Shown piece after piece: positions 34,535-37,333 of a stretch of 37,333 nt of DNA. Positions within the stretch are counted from its first letter, which is position 1, and every line of letters starts with the position of its first letter. This DNA is from a virus. The stretch lies in the UHGV virus genome UHGV-0215134; one strand, written 5' to 3'. The notes under the pieces are model-generated. The model was not told the origin of the DNA, made no database searches, and saw nothing but the letters and a program-made list of their open reading frames with translations. The position numbers were made by a program, and so were the translations under genes.

Positions 34535-35323
34535 ATGTTAATCGTAAAACAAGTTATAAAATGTTATTCTGAAAACACTGCAACATCCCCATTTTTTTGT
34601 GTACTTAGTAACGGTGATTATGCTATTCTCAAATATCCAAATAACCCAGAAGGTAATTTAATATTAATAAATGAATTTATTTCGTATAAATTAGCTGAAA
34701 TATTAGGGCTTGATACACCTGGCTATGGAATTTGTGAGTTTACACCTGAATGTTCAATACCAAGTAATATTAATGTATCTGACAGTAATTATGGCTTATG
34801 TTTTTATTCTAAATTTATAAATAAGGCTGTGCCTTTTTCTCCTTCAAAAATATCATCAGTGGTAAATAAAGAACAATTTAATAAATTAATAATTTTTGAT
34901 CATTTAATATATAATAAAGATAGACATGAAGGTAATATTCTAATCACTATATCAAAAGATATAAAAATGTTAGCAATTGATCATAGCCATGTTTTCAAAA
35001 ATCAATCTATTTGGGATAAGAATACATTTATACAAGGAATGAAAAATTCTGATTACTTAGATACAGATATATTAGAATATAACGATTATACGTATAAATC
35101 TCTTTTTGAAATTATAAACTTTAACAATGAAAATACACATAGATTTACTCGTTTAATCAAATTAAAGTTGACTGAATCAATAATAAATGATATAATAAGT
35201 TCATTGCCATCATCTTGGATTAAATATGTGGATGAGTTGGATATTAAATATTTAATATATAGAGTTGAACATATAGATGAAACTGTGAGCATGATTATAG
35301 AAGAAAGGAAGAGATTGAGATGA
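34535..35323 (+). CDS. HipA-like / PI3-PI4-type protein kinase
   Basis: AILKY (ATP Lys), LINEFISYKLAE.LGL..P, FDHLIYNKDRHEGNIL (catalytic loop), AIDHSH (Mg-binding). Confidence 0.88.
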   Translation: MLIVKQVIKCYSENTATSPFFCVLSNGDYAILKYPNNPEGNLILINEFISYKLAEILGLDTPGYGICEFTPECSIPSNINVSDSNYGLCFYSKFINKAVPFSPSKISSVVNKEQFNKLIIFDHLIYNKDRHEGNILITISKDIKMLAIDHSHVFKNQSIWDKNTFIQGMKNSDYLDTDILEYNDYTYKSLFEIINFNNENTHRFTRLIKLKLTESIINDIISSLPSSWIKYVDELDIKYLIYRVEHIDETVSMIIEERKRLR

Positions 35324-36108
35324 GTAAATGTCTGGAATACTCCGTACTAAGATATACCCCTATTTTAGTGGCTGGAGAACATGTAAACATAGGAGTCTTA
35401 TTCTCATCTGATAATTTTCAAGAATTTCACAGTATAAAAAAATTTAGTAGAATTAAAAGTTTTGATGATGAATTAGATATAAACGCATTAAAATTTCTTA
35501 TATCATCCATTAAAAATGATATACAGCTTTCACTATATAACGAGGATAAAAAATTCAACATTAATGATTTTACAAAATATTATATGAATGAGTTTCATTT
35601 TAGTAAACCCATTAAAATAGCTTTTACTGATTTAGCTAAAACCATAGATGATATTACTAAATTATATTTAAAATATGACTATGAAAAAAATAATAGATTA
35701 TCTGAACTGGAACAAAAACAGTTGATAAAAAAAATCTTAGAATCTAGTCACAAATCATATAAACAAAATAAAAAAATAAAGGGAAACTTTGGAGATCAAA
35801 TTACGTATGATATAATTTTTAATAATTATGGAATCAAGTTTTTTAACTTTAAAAATAAATCCATCAATCATATGATGAATGATATAAAAGCCTGGGCATG
35901 GAATTGCGAAAATACACCTAAAAACTTAAAAACTATAATTATATATTCTCAGGATTTTAATGGCAATGAGGAATATAATGCAAATGTAAAAACTTGTATA
36001 GATATATTAAAAAAGTCTTCCGATAATATATTCGATTTTGAAGCAGGATTATCATTAATTGAAAAATTTGTAAGTACACAGGAATTTAGCAAAGAATATT
36101 TTAGCTAA
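35320..36108 (+). CDS. DUF3037-like protein, translationally coupled to the kinase
   Basis: YSVLRY.P....GE.VNIGVLF N-terminal motif; ATGA overlap with the kinase. Confidence 0.8.
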   Translation: MSKCLEYSVLRYTPILVAGEHVNIGVLFSSDNFQEFHSIKKFSRIKSFDDELDINALKFLISSIKNDIQLSLYNEDKKFNINDFTKYYMNEFHFSKPIKIAFTDLAKTIDDITKLYLKYDYEKNNRLSELEQKQLIKKILESSHKSYKQNKKIKGNFGDQITYDIIFNNYGIKFFNFKNKSINHMMNDIKAWAWNCENTPKNLKTIIIYSQDFNGNEEYNANVKTCIDILKKSSDNIFDFEAGLSLIEKFVSTQEFSKEYFS

Positions 36109-36180
36109 ACATAAGGTAACTCAAATACCTTTTGACGGCGTTACTTATAATGGATGTTTTAGGTTAATGGAGGTATTACA

Positions 36181-36354
36181 ATGAAAGTATGTCCTAAATG
36201 TGGAAAAGTAATAGGATTTAATTCTTATTTCGGAGCTTATATTTGTGATGAATGCGGATGGGAAGATGACACGTATTTTCAAGAAAGAATACTATATTTT
36301 TCGCAAAGAAAAAATAGTATTACAAAGTATAAAAGAATCCCCTCAGACAATTAA
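36181..36354 (+). CDS. 57-aa zinc-ribbon protein (MKVCPKCGK...ICDECGW...); not in the ORF track
   Basis: RBS GGAGGT, two CxxC motifs. Confidence 0.7.
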   Translation: MKVCPKCGKVIGFNSYFGAYICDECGWEDDTYFQERILYFSQRKNSITKYKRIPSDN

Positions 36355-36368
36355 GTCCGAGGGGATTT
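36336..36368. terminator. Bidirectional terminator between cargo and endolysin
   Basis: aatcccctc.gac...gtc.gaggggatt inverted repeat. Confidence 0.7.
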
Positions 36369-36374
36369 AACTTA

Positions 36375-37190
36375 TTACATCTTCTTTTCAAGCTCCGTAT
36401 GCAGTCTTTTTATAAAATTCTGTCCGGCAATCCCGTTTTGTTTATAACCCCATTGCCCTAATAGATAATTCACTGCGTTCAGAGTTCCGTCTCCAAACCA
36501 TATGTTTTTATCCATTCCGTACTTATTTATTCCGATCTTTTTCGCAAGGAGCAGCAGCTCTTTAAGGGAAAGCACGCCGATAGTGCTGTCGCCCTTCTTG
36601 TAGCCCGTTTTGTCCAGTACAGGCTTAGCAGACGAAACACTGTCAGTCTTAACCGTTATTCCCAGAGTTTTCAGAATACCGTCCGCATAAGCTCTCGCTA
36701 TCTTACTGTAATTTGCCTTGATATAGTCTGCGTCCGATTTCGTATCTACAAATCCGCCCTCCAGCAAAACGGCAGGCGCGTCGGTCAGCCTGATTATTGC
36801 AAAGTAATCCCTTCCGATAGAATTAAGCTTTGTCTTTACTCCTCTGCTTTTCATAAGCTTTTTCATTTCAGTATTGATGTTTTCGGCAAGCGTTTTTGAA
36901 GTACCGCCTACATGGCTGTAATATACCTCAAAGCCCGTTCCGCCTCCCGCGTTGTAATGAACGTCTATTACAAGATCGGGATTGTACGCGTTGCACATTG
37001 CGACCTTGCTGTCCATATCGGTATCTACATCCGCAGTTCTCGACAGCTTGTATTCCACTCCCGCCTCTTTGAGATACTGCGCTACAAGCTTAGCGGTCTT
37101 TAAGTTATATTCTTTTTCTGTCATATAATCGGAGTTTGCTCCTGGATCCTTACCACCGTGTCCTACTCCTATAAATACTTTTTTACTCAT
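36375..37190 (-). CDS. Endolysin, N-acetylmuramoyl-L-alanine amidase (Amidase_3) with C-terminal cell-wall-binding domain
   Basis: GHGGKDPGA, EK..NL, VHYNA, PAVLLEGGFVD. Confidence 0.92.
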   Translation of the reverse strand: MSKKVFIGVGHGGKDPGANSDYMTEKEYNLKTAKLVAQYLKEAGVEYKLSRTADVDTDMDSKVAMCNAYNPDLVIDVHYNAGGGTGFEVYYSHVGGTSKTLAENINTEMKKLMKSRGVKTKLNSIGRDYFAIIRLTDAPAVLLEGGFVDTKSDADYIKANYSKIARAYADGILKTLGITVKTDSVSSAKPVLDKTGYKKGDSTIGVLSLKELLLLAKKIGINKYGMDKNIWFGDGTLNAVNYLLGQWGYKQNGIAGQNFIKRLHTELEKKM

Positions 37191-37256
37191 AATAAAACCT
37201 CTTTTCTTAAATTTGGATATAAAAAATGCGCTCCTTACAGAACGCTTTGTAAAATA

Positions 37257-37285
37257 TTGACTTTTATGGCATATTATTGTATAAT
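37257..37285 (+). promoter_or_regulatory. Sigma-A promoter of toxin 1 (transcript continues across the window end into position 1)
   Basis: TTGACT-17-TATAAT. Confidence 0.75.
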
Positions 37286-37333
37286 TTGTATCAAGGCATA
37301 CCTGAAACGGTAGGCGGTCAATCCTGCTCCCGG

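Larger units (their letters stand above)
1..37333. mobile_element. Temperate siphovirus genome, circular/attP form
   Basis: Full set of lysogeny, replication, packaging, head, tail and lysin modules; intact attP; end-to-start continuity. Confidence 0.9.

Noticed and set aside
32182..37333. Host chromosome flanking an integrated prophage
   Set aside because: Arm repeats lie on both sides of the core, and the segment ends in a phage endolysin and a leader continuous with position 1, so it is best read as phage cargo.

Overview
The window looks like the complete, or nearly complete, circular (excised, attP-form) genome of a ~37.3-kb temperate siphovirus of a Clostridia-type Firmicute. The minus strand carries early/replication genes (excisionase-like, YqaJ/Bet recombination, SSB, replication initiator, RusA-like, YopX, ArpU/RinA-type late activator), then an A118-like packaging, head and tail cluster and an amidase endolysin. 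The plus strand carries two repressors, a tyrosine integrase and cargo. An intact attP (3' half of tRNA-Thr(GGT) flanked by arm-type repeats) lies mid-window, and the last and first bases join into one coherent type I toxin transcript. Notable accessory content: an unannotated SOS-box-controlled 38-aa gene convergent on a non-cleavable repressor; two complete repressor/Cro switches; two related type I toxin-antitoxin loci; a frameshift-split MuF-type toxin/immunity module with an embedded promoter; an AT-rich RexAB-like gene pair; an orphan AgrAC-like two-component system followed by a candidate sRNA; a HipA-like kinase/DUF3037-like operon; and a structured late-leader RNA. No holin is evident. 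Family names come from my recognition of motifs, not from database searches.
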